DNA from: Bacteroidales bacterium
GTDB taxonomy: Bacteria; Bacteroidota; Bacteroidia; Bacteroidales; VadinHA17
DNA: 64,000 bases
Assembly: GCA_034002785.1 (NCBI GenBank)
Contig: JAVEZX010000003.1
Span: 831-64,830 of the forward strand
Direction of reading: 5' to 3'
Under the pieces are notes generated by a model, which saw only the letters and a list, made by a program, of their open reading frames with translations, searched no databases and had not been told where the DNA came from. The translations under genes were made by a program, and so were the position numbers. Below, piece after piece: positions 19,126-27,992 of the stretch (the first letter of the stretch is position 1; each line of letters begins with the position of its first letter).

Positions 19126-20214
19126 ATGCCATTTCTTCATCTCAGCATTTTGCTCTCAGCATTAATCGGAATGGTTATCATTGCATGGATCCGCAGCTTC
19201 GACATCTATGAAAAGGAGACATTCATTGCAATGTTCTGGGCATTTCTGGCCGGCGGCATCACGTCGGTCCTGACGGCACTGGGCATCTACGAATTCCTGA
19301 GGCTCTTCGGGCTGGATGATACCGCAATAAGCACCACCCTTGGCTCTTTCCTGATTATCGGGCCGGTGGAGGAATTTGCAAAGCTGCTGGGGCTGATAGT
19401 AGTGTACAATCTCATCCGAAAACAATTCAATGAGGTGACTGACGGGGTCATTTACATGGCATGTGTTGCTCTGGGTTTTTCAATCATTGAAAACTACTTT
19501 TATGCCAATGCCGGAGAGGGCAGCCAGTACCTGTTGGTTTACAGGGCATTCATAAGCACTCCGGCACACATATCTTTCAGTGCAATAATAGGGTATGCAT
19601 GGTACAGGTACAAAAGGGAGAACAAGCCTTTCAGCACGGTGATTTTTGCGCTTGTTGTTGCCAGCGTGCTGCATGGCGTTTTTGATGCGCTGGCATTCAG
19701 CCCCTGGCTCAACTTCCTGCTGCTGTTCTATCTCTACCTGATCATCATGCAGACACTAAGAGTTGTTCAGTACACAAACGTCATCTCTCCTTTCCGGCCG
19801 GGCTTTGAGGCACTCTTTGAAAACTCTTCCGGCGAGACAGCGGAGGGCATTGAATGTCCCAACTGCGGATCAGTTGCCCCGAAGGAACTATTCCGCAATA
19901 AATATTTCACCGCCTGCCGGTGTGACGGGTGCGGCTATCATATTGCATCAAGGGGAGATATAAGGAAGATTTTCAGGCTTTTTGCCCCGGAATACAAGAG
20001 ACTTGGGAAGAAGCTGATACCTGCACGGTTCAGTGACGGCCGCACGCTCATGAGTGTTTACGGCTCTGCCTTCTTTGGAGGGAATGGCACCAGGGGTTTC
20101 TTCAGGGTCGGAGAACTGGCCGGGAGGCTGCAGGCAATAAATGATGAACTTATGAACAGGTTTCGAAAACGGTCGTTTGTATCCGGAAACCTTCTCAGGC
20201 GGCTCTTTGAATGA
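19126..20214 (+). CDS. PrsW-family intramembrane glutamic protease with C-terminal zinc-ribbon-like tail
   Basis: Motifs PVEEFAKLL (EExxK), GFSIIENYFY and HGVFDAL. The cytoplasmic tail carries CPNCG...CRCDGCG. Confidence 0.75.
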   Translation: MPFLHLSILLSALIGMVIIAWIRSFDIYEKETFIAMFWAFLAGGITSVLTALGIYEFLRLFGLDDTAISTTLGSFLIIGPVEEFAKLLGLIVVYNLIRKQFNEVTDGVIYMACVALGFSIIENYFYANAGEGSQYLLVYRAFISTPAHISFSAIIGYAWYRYKRENKPFSTVIFALVVASVLHGVFDALAFSPWLNFLLLFYLYLIIMQTLRVVQYTNVISPFRPGFEALFENSSGETAEGIECPNCGSVAPKELFRNKYFTACRCDGCGYHIASRGDIRKIFRLFAPEYKRLGKKLIPARFSDGRTLMSVYGSAFFGGNGTRGFFRVGELAGRLQAINDELMNRFRKRSFVSGNLLRRLFE

Positions 20215-21365
20215 AAAACAAAACGATGAAGTCAGAAAATAAGGAAGCCGGTGTGCTGCGGCTTTTCCACAATGCCCGTTTTTTTACAGGGACAGTGCTG
20301 GTCGAAGACAAGGTTCTGGTAACTGAAGGTAATCGTATTGCGGGATTTGCCGACCTTGACTCCGCGCCGTCAGGAGCTCTGAGGATTGACTGCGGTGGTC
20401 ACCTGGTGACTGCCGGTCTGATTGATCTCCAGATTGCAGGGGGAGGTGGTTTTCTATTCTCGTCGAACCCCACCCCGGAGGCCCTGGCTGCTATTGCCGG
20501 ATCAATAGTTTCAACAGGCACGACAGGTTTCCTGCTGGCTCTGCCGACAAACACCCCGGATGTATACAGGGCAGCATTCAGGACTGTCAGTGAGTCTGAC
20601 AATCCTGCACTACTGGGTCTTCATATGGAGGGGCCATACATATCGCATCCCAGGCGTGGCGCACATGCGCCGGAGCTTATAATCAGGCCCACAACTGAGA
20701 ATCTGTCTGCCCTCCTCCGCGAGGCAGTCGGCTCCATCCGGATGATGACGGTAGCTCCTGAGGTATGCAGCGCTGAGGTAATCGCCATGCTAAGAGACAA
20801 CGGCATTACTGTCGCGGCTGGTCACAGCAACGCCACCTTCAGCGAAGCAATTCTGGGCTTTGAGCAGGGCATTGAGACAACAACCCATCTCTTCAACGCG
20901 ATGACACCGCTTCATCACCGTGATCCGGGGCTGCCGGGAGCAGCCTTTCTGTCCGGCAGTGCATGCGCCAGCATCATCGCCGATGGCATACATGTTGACT
21001 TTGCCATGGTCGCCATAGCAAAGAAGGTAATGAAGGAGCGCCTCTTTATTGTCTCTGATGCCGTAGAGGAGAATGACCGCGGGGCTTACATGCATGTCAG
21101 GCAGAAAGACCGTTTCACACTTCCTGACGGCACCCTGTCAGGTGCCAGGCTCTCCATGCTTGATGGGGTAAGGAACTGTATAGGTCATGCAGGCATTGAC
21201 AAATATGAGGCCATCAGGATGGCAACCCTATATCCTGCGCGGCTGATCAGGTCATATGACAGGGGAGTCATAAAACCCGGTGCAAGAGCAGACCTGCTTA
21301 TAACAGACAATGAGATGAGACTGACCGGGATATGTTTCAACGGACAAACGGAATTTAAAAAATAA
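20211..21365 (+). CDS. nagA: N-acetylglucosamine-6-phosphate deacetylase
   Basis: Amidohydrolase-type protein with LIDLQIAGGGG, GLHMEGPYIS, AAGHSNAT and THLFNAM blocks typical of NagA. Confidence 0.85.
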   Translation: MKNKTMKSENKEAGVLRLFHNARFFTGTVLVEDKVLVTEGNRIAGFADLDSAPSGALRIDCGGHLVTAGLIDLQIAGGGGFLFSSNPTPEALAAIAGSIVSTGTTGFLLALPTNTPDVYRAAFRTVSESDNPALLGLHMEGPYISHPRRGAHAPELIIRPTTENLSALLREAVGSIRMMTVAPEVCSAEVIAMLRDNGITVAAGHSNATFSEAILGFEQGIETTTHLFNAMTPLHHRDPGLPGAAFLSGSACASIIADGIHVDFAMVAIAKKVMKERLFIVSDAVEENDRGAYMHVRQKDRFTLPDGTLSGARLSMLDGVRNCIGHAGIDKYEAIRMATLYPARLIRSYDRGVIKPGARADLLITDNEMRLTGICFNGQTEFKK

Positions 21366-21369
21366 GACA

Positions 21370-22320
21370 ATGGCGTTACTCGGAATAGATCTGGGAGGAA
21401 CAAAAGTTGCATTTGCACTTTTTGACCGTGATGGAAACATGAGGGACAGGGAGAGCCTTCCCCTGGATAGCAGGAAGGGTCACGAGGTCGGAAAGCTGAT
21501 AACCGTCACCACGGCGCTGAAAATGTCAGCTGCGGCGAATGAGGGTGATGCGGTGGAGGCCGTCGGTATCTCCGTCCCGGGAATAAGCAGACGTGAGAAA
21601 GGGACTGTCTGGGCCCCGAACATCCCTGGCTGGGATGATTATCCGCTGCTGCGGGAAGTATCCACGGTGACGGGTGAGGTACCGGTTATAATCGAGAGCG
21701 ACAGGTCATGCTACATCTCAGGGGAGATATGGAAGGGTGCAGCACGCGGTTGCAGAGATGCCATCTATCTCGCCGTAGGCACCGGCATCGGAGCCGGCAT
21801 AACCGTAAACGGTGAGGTGTTGCACGGGGCTCATGACATCGCGGGGGCAATCGGGTGGATGGCGTTATCAAGACCATTCAGGAGCAAGTATACCTTCTGT
21901 GGTAATTTCGAATACTATGCCTCCGGCGAAGGGATTGCCAGGCAGGCGGAACAATACCTGGAGAAGCATGAAGGGTACCAGGGAGAGCTGAGAAAAGGAT
22001 CAGGGGAGAAGGTTACGACACATGATGTCTTTGTTGCGCGAAGCAAGGGTGACATAGCGGCCATAGCCATCATCGACCTCGCAGTTGAGTACTGGGGCAT
22101 GGCCTGCGCGAACCTTGTGAGTCTCTTCAATCCCGAAAAGATAATCTTCGGCGGCGGTGTATTCGGTCCGGCTACCGGGCTGATCCCAGCCATAATGCAG
22201 GAAGCGGAGAAGTGGGCTCAACCCATAAGCATCAGGCAGGTGAGTTTTGAGCCATCGGCACTGGCCGGTGATGCCGGTGTATACGGTGCCGGTTTCCTCG
22301 CAATGAAACACATTGGTTAA
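21370..22320 (+). CDS. ROK-family sugar kinase-like protein (zinc motif degenerate)
   Basis: N-terminal LGIDLGGTKVAFAL and central LAVGTGIGAGI. The expected AGEIGH...CxCGxxGC is replaced by AGAIGW...YTFCGNFE. Confidence 0.7.
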   Translation: MALLGIDLGGTKVAFALFDRDGNMRDRESLPLDSRKGHEVGKLITVTTALKMSAAANEGDAVEAVGISVPGISRREKGTVWAPNIPGWDDYPLLREVSTVTGEVPVIIESDRSCYISGEIWKGAARGCRDAIYLAVGTGIGAGITVNGEVLHGAHDIAGAIGWMALSRPFRSKYTFCGNFEYYASGEGIARQAEQYLEKHEGYQGELRKGSGEKVTTHDVFVARSKGDIAAIAIIDLAVEYWGMACANLVSLFNPEKIIFGGGVFGPATGLIPAIMQEAEKWAQPISIRQVSFEPSALAGDAGVYGAGFLAMKHIG

Positions 22321-22331
22321 CCAACAGATAT

Positions 22332-23495
22332 ATGGAAGGAACATTTAACAGGCGGCTCGTATTCTGGACAGCATGCCTGGGCATGCTGTTATTCGGCATA
22401 GGGCTGATTATGCTAGGCTCAATACTGCCAGACCTGAGAATCAAACACTCGCTTGATGCGGTGGAGGCCGGTACTCTCTTTTCAATTTTGCCAATAGGCA
22501 TCATCATAGGCTCTCTCCTGTTTGGTCCGGTATGTGACAGGTACGGTTACAGGACGCTTCTGGCCGTCTCGGCGCTGCTGATGTTTGCCGGTTTTGAAGG
22601 GCTTGCATTCACCAACACGTCATGGGTACTGACACTGTCAGTATTCCTCTTCGGGCTGGGCGGCGGTGCGATCAACGGCGCAACCAATGCAGTTGTTGCT
22701 GACATAAGCACTACGGGCAAAGGGGCTGACCTGAGCATCCTGGGAGTCTTTTTCGGCATTGGAGCACTGGGGATACCACTGATTATGAGTCTTCTGAAGA
22801 AGAGCGTACAGTTTGATACAATAGTGGCAGGAACCGGTGCGCTGGCACTGCTTGCTGCTATTCTTTTCGTTATTGTGAAATTCCCGGCAGCAAAACAGGC
22901 TGAAGGCATATCTATGAAACAGGTTGGCGGGCTCTTCCGTGATACCACCCTTTTGCTCATCGCCTTTTTCCTCTTCTTCCAGAGTGCCTTTGAAGGACTG
23001 ATCAACAACTGGACCACTACCTACCTGATTGAGAGGATGGCTGCTCCTCAGGAGGCAGCACTGATGGGTCTCTCTGCCTACGTGGCAGGTATGACTGTCA
23101 TGCGGTTGCTTATAGGAAGCGTACTGAGGAAGATGCCAGAGGCAAGCCTTCTATACATGTCTTTCACTATCACACTGTTGGCACTTTTACTGTTCAGTAT
23201 GAGCAGCTCAGTATTGCCTGCTGCCTCCGGTCTCTTCCTCATGGGAGCAGGCCTGGCTGCAGGATTTCCAACAATGCTGGGACTGGTGGGCAACAGGTAT
23301 CCGAATCTGTCCGGTACTGCATTCAGCTTTGTGCTGGTGATCGGACTGCTCGGCAACATGCTGGTTAATTACACAATGGGACTTGTGGCAGAAAATTACG
23401 GTATTAAAAACCTGGTGACTTTTACATTCGCTGAACTTATTATACTGGCTGTCATTGCAACAACTATATTTGGAAGACTGAAGAACAACAAATAA
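22332..23495 (+). CDS. MFS transporter
   Basis: 387-aa protein with about 12 helices. GPVCDRYGYR is an MFS loop 2-3-like motif. Confidence 0.8.
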   Translation: MEGTFNRRLVFWTACLGMLLFGIGLIMLGSILPDLRIKHSLDAVEAGTLFSILPIGIIIGSLLFGPVCDRYGYRTLLAVSALLMFAGFEGLAFTNTSWVLTLSVFLFGLGGGAINGATNAVVADISTTGKGADLSILGVFFGIGALGIPLIMSLLKKSVQFDTIVAGTGALALLAAILFVIVKFPAAKQAEGISMKQVGGLFRDTTLLLIAFFLFFQSAFEGLINNWTTTYLIERMAAPQEAALMGLSAYVAGMTVMRLLIGSVLRKMPEASLLYMSFTITLLALLLFSMSSSVLPAASGLFLMGAGLAAGFPTMLGLVGNRYPNLSGTAFSFVLVIGLLGNMLVNYTMGLVAENYGIKNLVTFTFAELIILAVIATTIFGRLKNNK

Positions 23496-23518
23496 ACAAA
23501 AACCAAAAAATTACCGAT

Positions 23519-24280
23519 ATGCTGGCACTTGAATGGCTGAATAATGCAAGGGATGTGATGAATCGCATCGAAGAGACACAGATGGATAACATTAGAAAGG
23601 CTGCCGAAGTGATGGCAGACACAATTGAATGCGGCCGTTGGGTACACACTTTCGGCTGCGGACATGCCACCCTTCCGATAGAGGAGATGTACCCCAGGAT
23701 CGGTGGTTTTGTCGGCTTCCATCCGATGATTGAGATCCCGCTCAGTTTCTTTACGCATATCACCGGGGAGATGGGCGTTCATCAGTTCGTCTTCCTTGAG
23801 AGAGTTGAGGGTTATGGTGTTGAGATCATGAAGGGGTACACTTTTGACACCCGTGACACGATGTGGCTCTTCTCTCATTCGGGTATCAACAATGTCAACA
23901 TAGACATTGCGCTGGAATCGAAGAAGAAGGGCATGAAGGTTGTGGTGTTTGGCTCTGCCGCAGCCGCGAAGGGAAAAAAGACGAGGCACACATCGGGCAA
24001 GACAATCTTCGACATTGCTGATATCGTTGTAGACACCTGTGCACCGCTGGAGGATGCATCTGTAAAGCTTAAGAACCACTACGACAAGATCGGGCCGGTC
24101 TCAACGATGGCCTTTGTTACCTGTGTCTGGATGACCGTAACCACGGTGGCGGAGATACTGGCTGAGCGGGGTGTGAAGCTGTACATCCACCCGAGTCACA
24201 ACGTGCCGGGAGACAACACCGCCAGGGAGAGGCTTGACGAGGCCCTGGCCGAGTACAAGCGAAGGGTAGCCGGTGTCTGA
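23519..24280 (+). CDS. SIS-domain protein of the UPF0309-like family
   Basis: The pattern RIEETQMDNIRKAAEVMADTIECGRWVHTFGCGH...FSHSGINNVNIDIALESKKKGMKVVVFGS...HTSGKTIFDIADIVVD matches my recollection of UPF0309/SIS_2 proteins. Confidence 0.65.
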   Translation: MLALEWLNNARDVMNRIEETQMDNIRKAAEVMADTIECGRWVHTFGCGHATLPIEEMYPRIGGFVGFHPMIEIPLSFFTHITGEMGVHQFVFLERVEGYGVEIMKGYTFDTRDTMWLFSHSGINNVNIDIALESKKKGMKVVVFGSAAAAKGKKTRHTSGKTIFDIADIVVDTCAPLEDASVKLKNHYDKIGPVSTMAFVTCVWMTVTTVAEILAERGVKLYIHPSHNVPGDNTARERLDEALAEYKRRVAGV

Positions 24281-24298
24281 CAACAATAATACGGGAGT

Positions 24299-25324
24299 AT
24301 GAATTCTCTGGAGAGGAGTATAAGTTTCATCACGGGAGGGCATGCTGACCGCATCCCTTTCCATCCGATACTGATGCGTTTTGCAGCGTTGCATGCAGGC
24401 ATAAGATATCGGGACTTCTGTCTGATTCCCTCCCGTAAGTGCGAGGCAAATATCCGCTGCGCGGCTGATTTCAGTTCCGACTGGGTGAATACGATGTCTG
24501 ACCCCTGGGCGGAGGCAGAGGCTTTCGGTACCCGTCTCTCCTACCCTGAGGATGATCTCCCGAAGGTTGAACGTCATGCAATTGAGGAGATCGGTGATAT
24601 CAGCCTGATGAAGGTGATTGTTCCCGGTGATCACGTCAGGATGAGAGCCCGGGTTGAAGAGATAGAGATATACCGCCGTGAGACAGGAGGAAAACTTTTC
24701 ATCTGCGGATGGGTCGAGGGTCCTCTGGCAGCCTGGTGCGATATAAGGGACATCAACATGGCGATGACTGACCTCTACGAGTATCCCGGGGAGGTGCACG
24801 GAGCGCTTGACATCATCACGGAAAGCGCCATAGCTTTCATCACACCCCAGGTTAAGGCCGGAGCTCATTGCATCGGCATAGGTGATTCGGTCTGCTCACT
24901 GGTATCCCCGGAGCTATACAGGGAATTCTGTTTTGAGCGCGAGAAACAACTTGTAGAGCACATCCATTCACTGGGTGCATTAGCCAAGATCCACATCTGC
25001 GGAAACATCTCCGCCATACTGCCCGATGTCATAAGAACCGGAGCAGATATCATTGATATTGACCATCGTACAGAGCCAGTTACATCAGCGCTAAAGCTGC
25101 TGAGATCCGGGCAGGTCTTATCCGGCAAGAGTGATCCCGTATCCGTCCTGCAGGACGGTGACAGGGAGTTGATACGAAGCAGCTGCCTCTCCTTTTTCAG
25201 GGAGGCAGGCGGCCGCGCCATACTCTCAGCCGGTTGCGAGGTGACCCCCGGAACACCGGCTGCGAACCTGGAGTTCTTTTCATCAATGGCCGGGGAACTG
25301 GCAGCAGAATCAAGTCCAAAGTAG
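24299..25324 (+). CDS. uroporphyrinogen decarboxylase (URO-D) family protein, MT2 methyltransferase-like
   Basis: 341 aa. It starts like URO-D/MtaA family members (RIPFHPILMRFAA) and has the triad H232-x-C234 (KIHICG) ... C313 (SAGCEV). Confidence 0.65.
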   Translation: MNSLERSISFITGGHADRIPFHPILMRFAALHAGIRYRDFCLIPSRKCEANIRCAADFSSDWVNTMSDPWAEAEAFGTRLSYPEDDLPKVERHAIEEIGDISLMKVIVPGDHVRMRARVEEIEIYRRETGGKLFICGWVEGPLAAWCDIRDINMAMTDLYEYPGEVHGALDIITESAIAFITPQVKAGAHCIGIGDSVCSLVSPELYREFCFEREKQLVEHIHSLGALAKIHICGNISAILPDVIRTGADIIDIDHRTEPVTSALKLLRSGQVLSGKSDPVSVLQDGDRELIRSSCLSFFREAGGRAILSAGCEVTPGTPAANLEFFSSMAGELAAESSPK

Positions 25325-25325
25325 A

Positions 25326-26204
25326 ATGTCAAAGAACGTTGCACTTGTACTATCCAGCGGCGGAGCAAGGGGCTTCGCCCATATCGGAGTGATTAAAGTG
25401 CTTGAGAATCTCGGGTACAACATAACCTCGGTGGCCGGTACCTCGATGGGAGCCCTCGTGGGAGGTATCCATGCCTCCGGGAAGTTGAATGAATTTGAAG
25501 AGTGGGTCAGCGGGCTGGATGTAATGGAAGTACTTAAACTAACAGATATAAGTCTCAGCAAGAAAGGGTTTGTAAAGGGAACCAGGATCATCGAAAAAAT
25601 GAAGGAGATTGTGCCTGATCGCAATATTGAGGATCTCCCCATTCCATACTCAGCCATTGCAACCGACCTGATACGGGGCAGGGAAAGGATATTCAACTCC
25701 GGAAGCCTGTTTGATGCCATCAGGGCTTCCATCTCCATTCCTACCTTCTTTCAGCCTTTCAGTATGGGAGGTGACTACTTTGTTGACGGCGGGCTGGTCA
25801 ACCCGATCCCGATAAACAGGGTAAAGCGCCATGACGGAGACCTGCTTGCTGTGGTGGATGTAAATGCAGATATACCGCATATAAGAGTTGAACCATTACC
25901 CGATGAAGAGGAGTCATGGGGAAAGAGTTATCTAAGGAGGATAAGAAAGATCAATGCTCATGCCGGCAAGCACATCCCTAGAAACGAGAAGGACGATATC
26001 GGGTTGTTCAATCTCAACAACCGGAGTATAAGCATCATGTTGAACCAGATAGCGGCCCTGACCCTGATGGATCATAAGGTGGATATAATGATTCAGATAT
26101 CGAAGGATTCGTACGGAACCTATGATTTTTACAAAGCAGGGGAAATTATCAGGGAGGGAGAGAGAGCCACGCTGGAAGTTGCAGGCCATGACCGGATCAG
26201 CTGA
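25326..26204 (+). CDS. patatin-like phospholipase
   Basis: Oxyanion motif SSGGARGFAHIGV, nucleophile GTSMGA, and the catalytic Asp in YFVDGGLVNPIP (DGG). Confidence 0.85.
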   Translation: MSKNVALVLSSGGARGFAHIGVIKVLENLGYNITSVAGTSMGALVGGIHASGKLNEFEEWVSGLDVMEVLKLTDISLSKKGFVKGTRIIEKMKEIVPDRNIEDLPIPYSAIATDLIRGRERIFNSGSLFDAIRASISIPTFFQPFSMGGDYFVDGGLVNPIPINRVKRHDGDLLAVVDVNADIPHIRVEPLPDEEESWGKSYLRRIRKINAHAGKHIPRNEKDDIGLFNLNNRSISIMLNQIAALTLMDHKVDIMIQISKDSYGTYDFYKAGEIIREGERATLEVAGHDRIS

Positions 26205-26257
26205 CCCTCGAGGATCAATTTTACCCCCTCAAATTGTAGATTTTCGCGAAAAGATTA

Positions 26258-26265
26258 TATCTTTG
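26258..26265 (+). promoter_or_regulatory. Bacteroidota-type -7 promoter box
   Basis: tatctttg is a perfect TAnnTTTG, with 24 nt between the box and ATG 26290. It lies inside the spurious N-terminal extension of track ORF 26122. Confidence 0.45.
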
Positions 26266-26289
26266 ATAGATGATCTAAAATTATTCAAG

Positions 26290-27189
26290 ATGAAACCATA
26301 CTTCCTTTCATTATGCGTTGCTCTGCTGATTGCGGCGCCGGGGCTTTACGGGCAGAAGCCGATCAAGGTGCTTGAAGACAGTGTTCAGTTCGGGAATTAT
26401 CTCTATCCGGGATTCAATGTTACAATACCGGAAGCCAACTTTGACAATGTACTCAAGAGCTGGATAAAGACTCAGGAGAGCGGTACCAAATCGAAGGTTC
26501 AGACAGAGAACGGCGAGATGACGATTTTCGGCGCCATTATCAAGCAGGTCTCTCCGGCCCCGGTCAACATCTACAGCCGGCTGATGAATGAGGACACCCT
26601 GAACAGGCTGCTTGTATGTATCGAGCTCAAGAAGGATCTGTACGTGGAGCCCGCATCAGGAGACATTCAACTGACCTCTGCAAAGGACTACCTGAAGGAA
26701 TTTGCCAAGTCGCAGTACATTGATTTTATAAAGGATGAGCTTGCGGCGGAAGAGAAGATCCTCCGGGACCTGAACAAGGATCTTGGCAGCCTGGAGAGCA
26801 GCAAGGCCCGTAGCCAGAGAACAGCGAAGAGCAACAGGAATACAGTTAATGACGAGCAGGAAAAGCTTCTTGTCAAGCACAACGAGCTAAGCCTTCTGTC
26901 AAACGAAATCATCAACAAGAACAATGAGATGATTGCAATGCCGGTGGGTGCCGGAAGAGATGCCATGTCGAAGCAGGTGGATGAGCTTGAGAAGAGACGC
27001 AGTAAGCTGCAGAGAGAGATAGAAAAGGCTGAGAAAAAGATCAACAAGGCGAAGTCAAAAATTGACCAGGCAGACAGGTCAATACCAAGGAATGAAAATG
27101 AGCAGGATGTCATGAAATCAAAGATAGATGCCCAGCAGGCAGTTGTTCAGCGTTTCATAGACAAAATGAACACGGTAAAGCTTTATTGA
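26290..27189 (+). CDS. secreted protein with N-terminal globular part and long C-terminal coiled coil, unknown function
   Basis: Signal peptide MKPYFLSLCVALLIAAPGLYGQ. The C-terminal half is heptad-like and K/E/Q-rich. I trimmed the start from 26122, which overlaps the patatin gene. Confidence 0.6.
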   Translation: MKPYFLSLCVALLIAAPGLYGQKPIKVLEDSVQFGNYLYPGFNVTIPEANFDNVLKSWIKTQESGTKSKVQTENGEMTIFGAIIKQVSPAPVNIYSRLMNEDTLNRLLVCIELKKDLYVEPASGDIQLTSAKDYLKEFAKSQYIDFIKDELAAEEKILRDLNKDLGSLESSKARSQRTAKSNRNTVNDEQEKLLVKHNELSLLSNEIINKNNEMIAMPVGAGRDAMSKQVDELEKRRSKLQREIEKAEKKINKAKSKIDQADRSIPRNENEQDVMKSKIDAQQAVVQRFIDKMNTVKLY

Positions 27190-27228
27190 GAAGACAGATT
27201 CATATTTATTAACGCAAAATCATAAAAA

Positions 27229-27564
27229 ATGGAAAATCAGGAACAGAAAGAGAGCTACCAGCAGAAGATTCAGGACCAGCTTGATGAATGGAGGAGTGAT
27301 ATAGACAGGCTGAAGGAAAAGGCCAAAAATGCTACTGCTGAGAAGAAGCAGAAATACCAGGAGACTATAGACAAGATGGAGCTCAAGATGGATGAGGGCA
27401 AATCGAAGCTGAAGGACCTGAAGGAATCAGGAGCCGATGCTTGGGATGCCGTCAAGGATGGTGCCGATTCCATATGGGATACCATGAAGACAACCTTCGC
27501 CGAGGTTAAGGAGCGGCTCAGGGACAAGGACGACGACGACATCCAGGAAGACAAGAAAGCCTGA
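27229..27564 (+). CDS. small highly charged helical protein, unknown function
   Basis: 111 aa. QLDEWRSDIDRLKEKAKNATAEKKQKYQETIDKM...SGADAWDAVKDGADSIWDTMKTTFAEV resembles a recurrent uncharacterised helical family. It has no hydrophobic segment. Confidence 0.55.
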   Translation: MENQEQKESYQQKIQDQLDEWRSDIDRLKEKAKNATAEKKQKYQETIDKMELKMDEGKSKLKDLKESGADAWDAVKDGADSIWDTMKTTFAEVKERLRDKDDDDIQEDKKA

Positions 27565-27581
27565 TACCCTGACTGTATAAA

Positions 27582-27992
27582 ATGAAAAAAGTAGTTACAA
27601 TCGGGATAATTGTCCTGCTGATTGTTTTTGCTGTCATCTTCTGGTGGCGTCATTACTTCGTTTTTGGCGAAGGAGTAAAAGCGGGTGATCTCAACTACCT
27701 GGTCAGGAAGGGCTACGTCTTCAAAACCTGGGAAGGGAAGCTGATACAGACAGGGTTCAAGACACCCACTCCAGGGGCTATCCAGAGCAACGAGTTCGAC
27801 TTCAGCATTGTGGATGACAGCCTGGCTGTTCTGCTTGAAAGAGCTAGCGGCAAGTTTGTGGAACTGCGCTACAAGGAGTATATTGCACCGCTCCCGTGGC
27901 GAGGCATGAGCAAGTATGTGGTCATCGAGATTCTTGAAATCAAGGAGTCTGAACAGGAGCAACAAACGCTGATACCATACCAGGCAATATGA
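27582..27992 (+). CDS. N-terminally membrane-anchored protein, unknown function
   Basis: 136 aa with one N-terminal TM (VVTIGIIVLLIVFAVIFWW), then GDLNYLVRKGYVFKTWEGKL. Its stop overlaps the next start (ATGA). Confidence 0.55.
   Translation: MKKVVTIGIIVLLIVFAVIFWWRHYFVFGEGVKAGDLNYLVRKGYVFKTWEGKLIQTGFKTPTPGAIQSNEFDFSIVDDSLAVLLERASGKFVELRYKEYIAPLPWRGMSKYVVIEILEIKESEQEQQTLIPYQAI

Noticed and set aside
24101-24868. A 255-aa minus-strand ORF spans the SIS/UroD gene junction. Similar long antisense ORFs lie at 23396-24079, 10005-10658, 8898-9509, 27270-27965, 52309-53091 and 43985-44459.
   Set aside because: Each lies entirely antisense to a gene with clear family motifs. Each has low-complexity or Arg/Ser/Pro-rich composition and no recognisable motifs. 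Long stop-free antisense frames are expected at this base composition.
25326-26204. The patatin-like phospholipase could be a defence-system effector (CBASS-like).
   Set aside because: There is no adjacent cyclase, sensor, NTPase or other defence gene. It is packed into a metabolic operon and resembles housekeeping RssA-type patatins.
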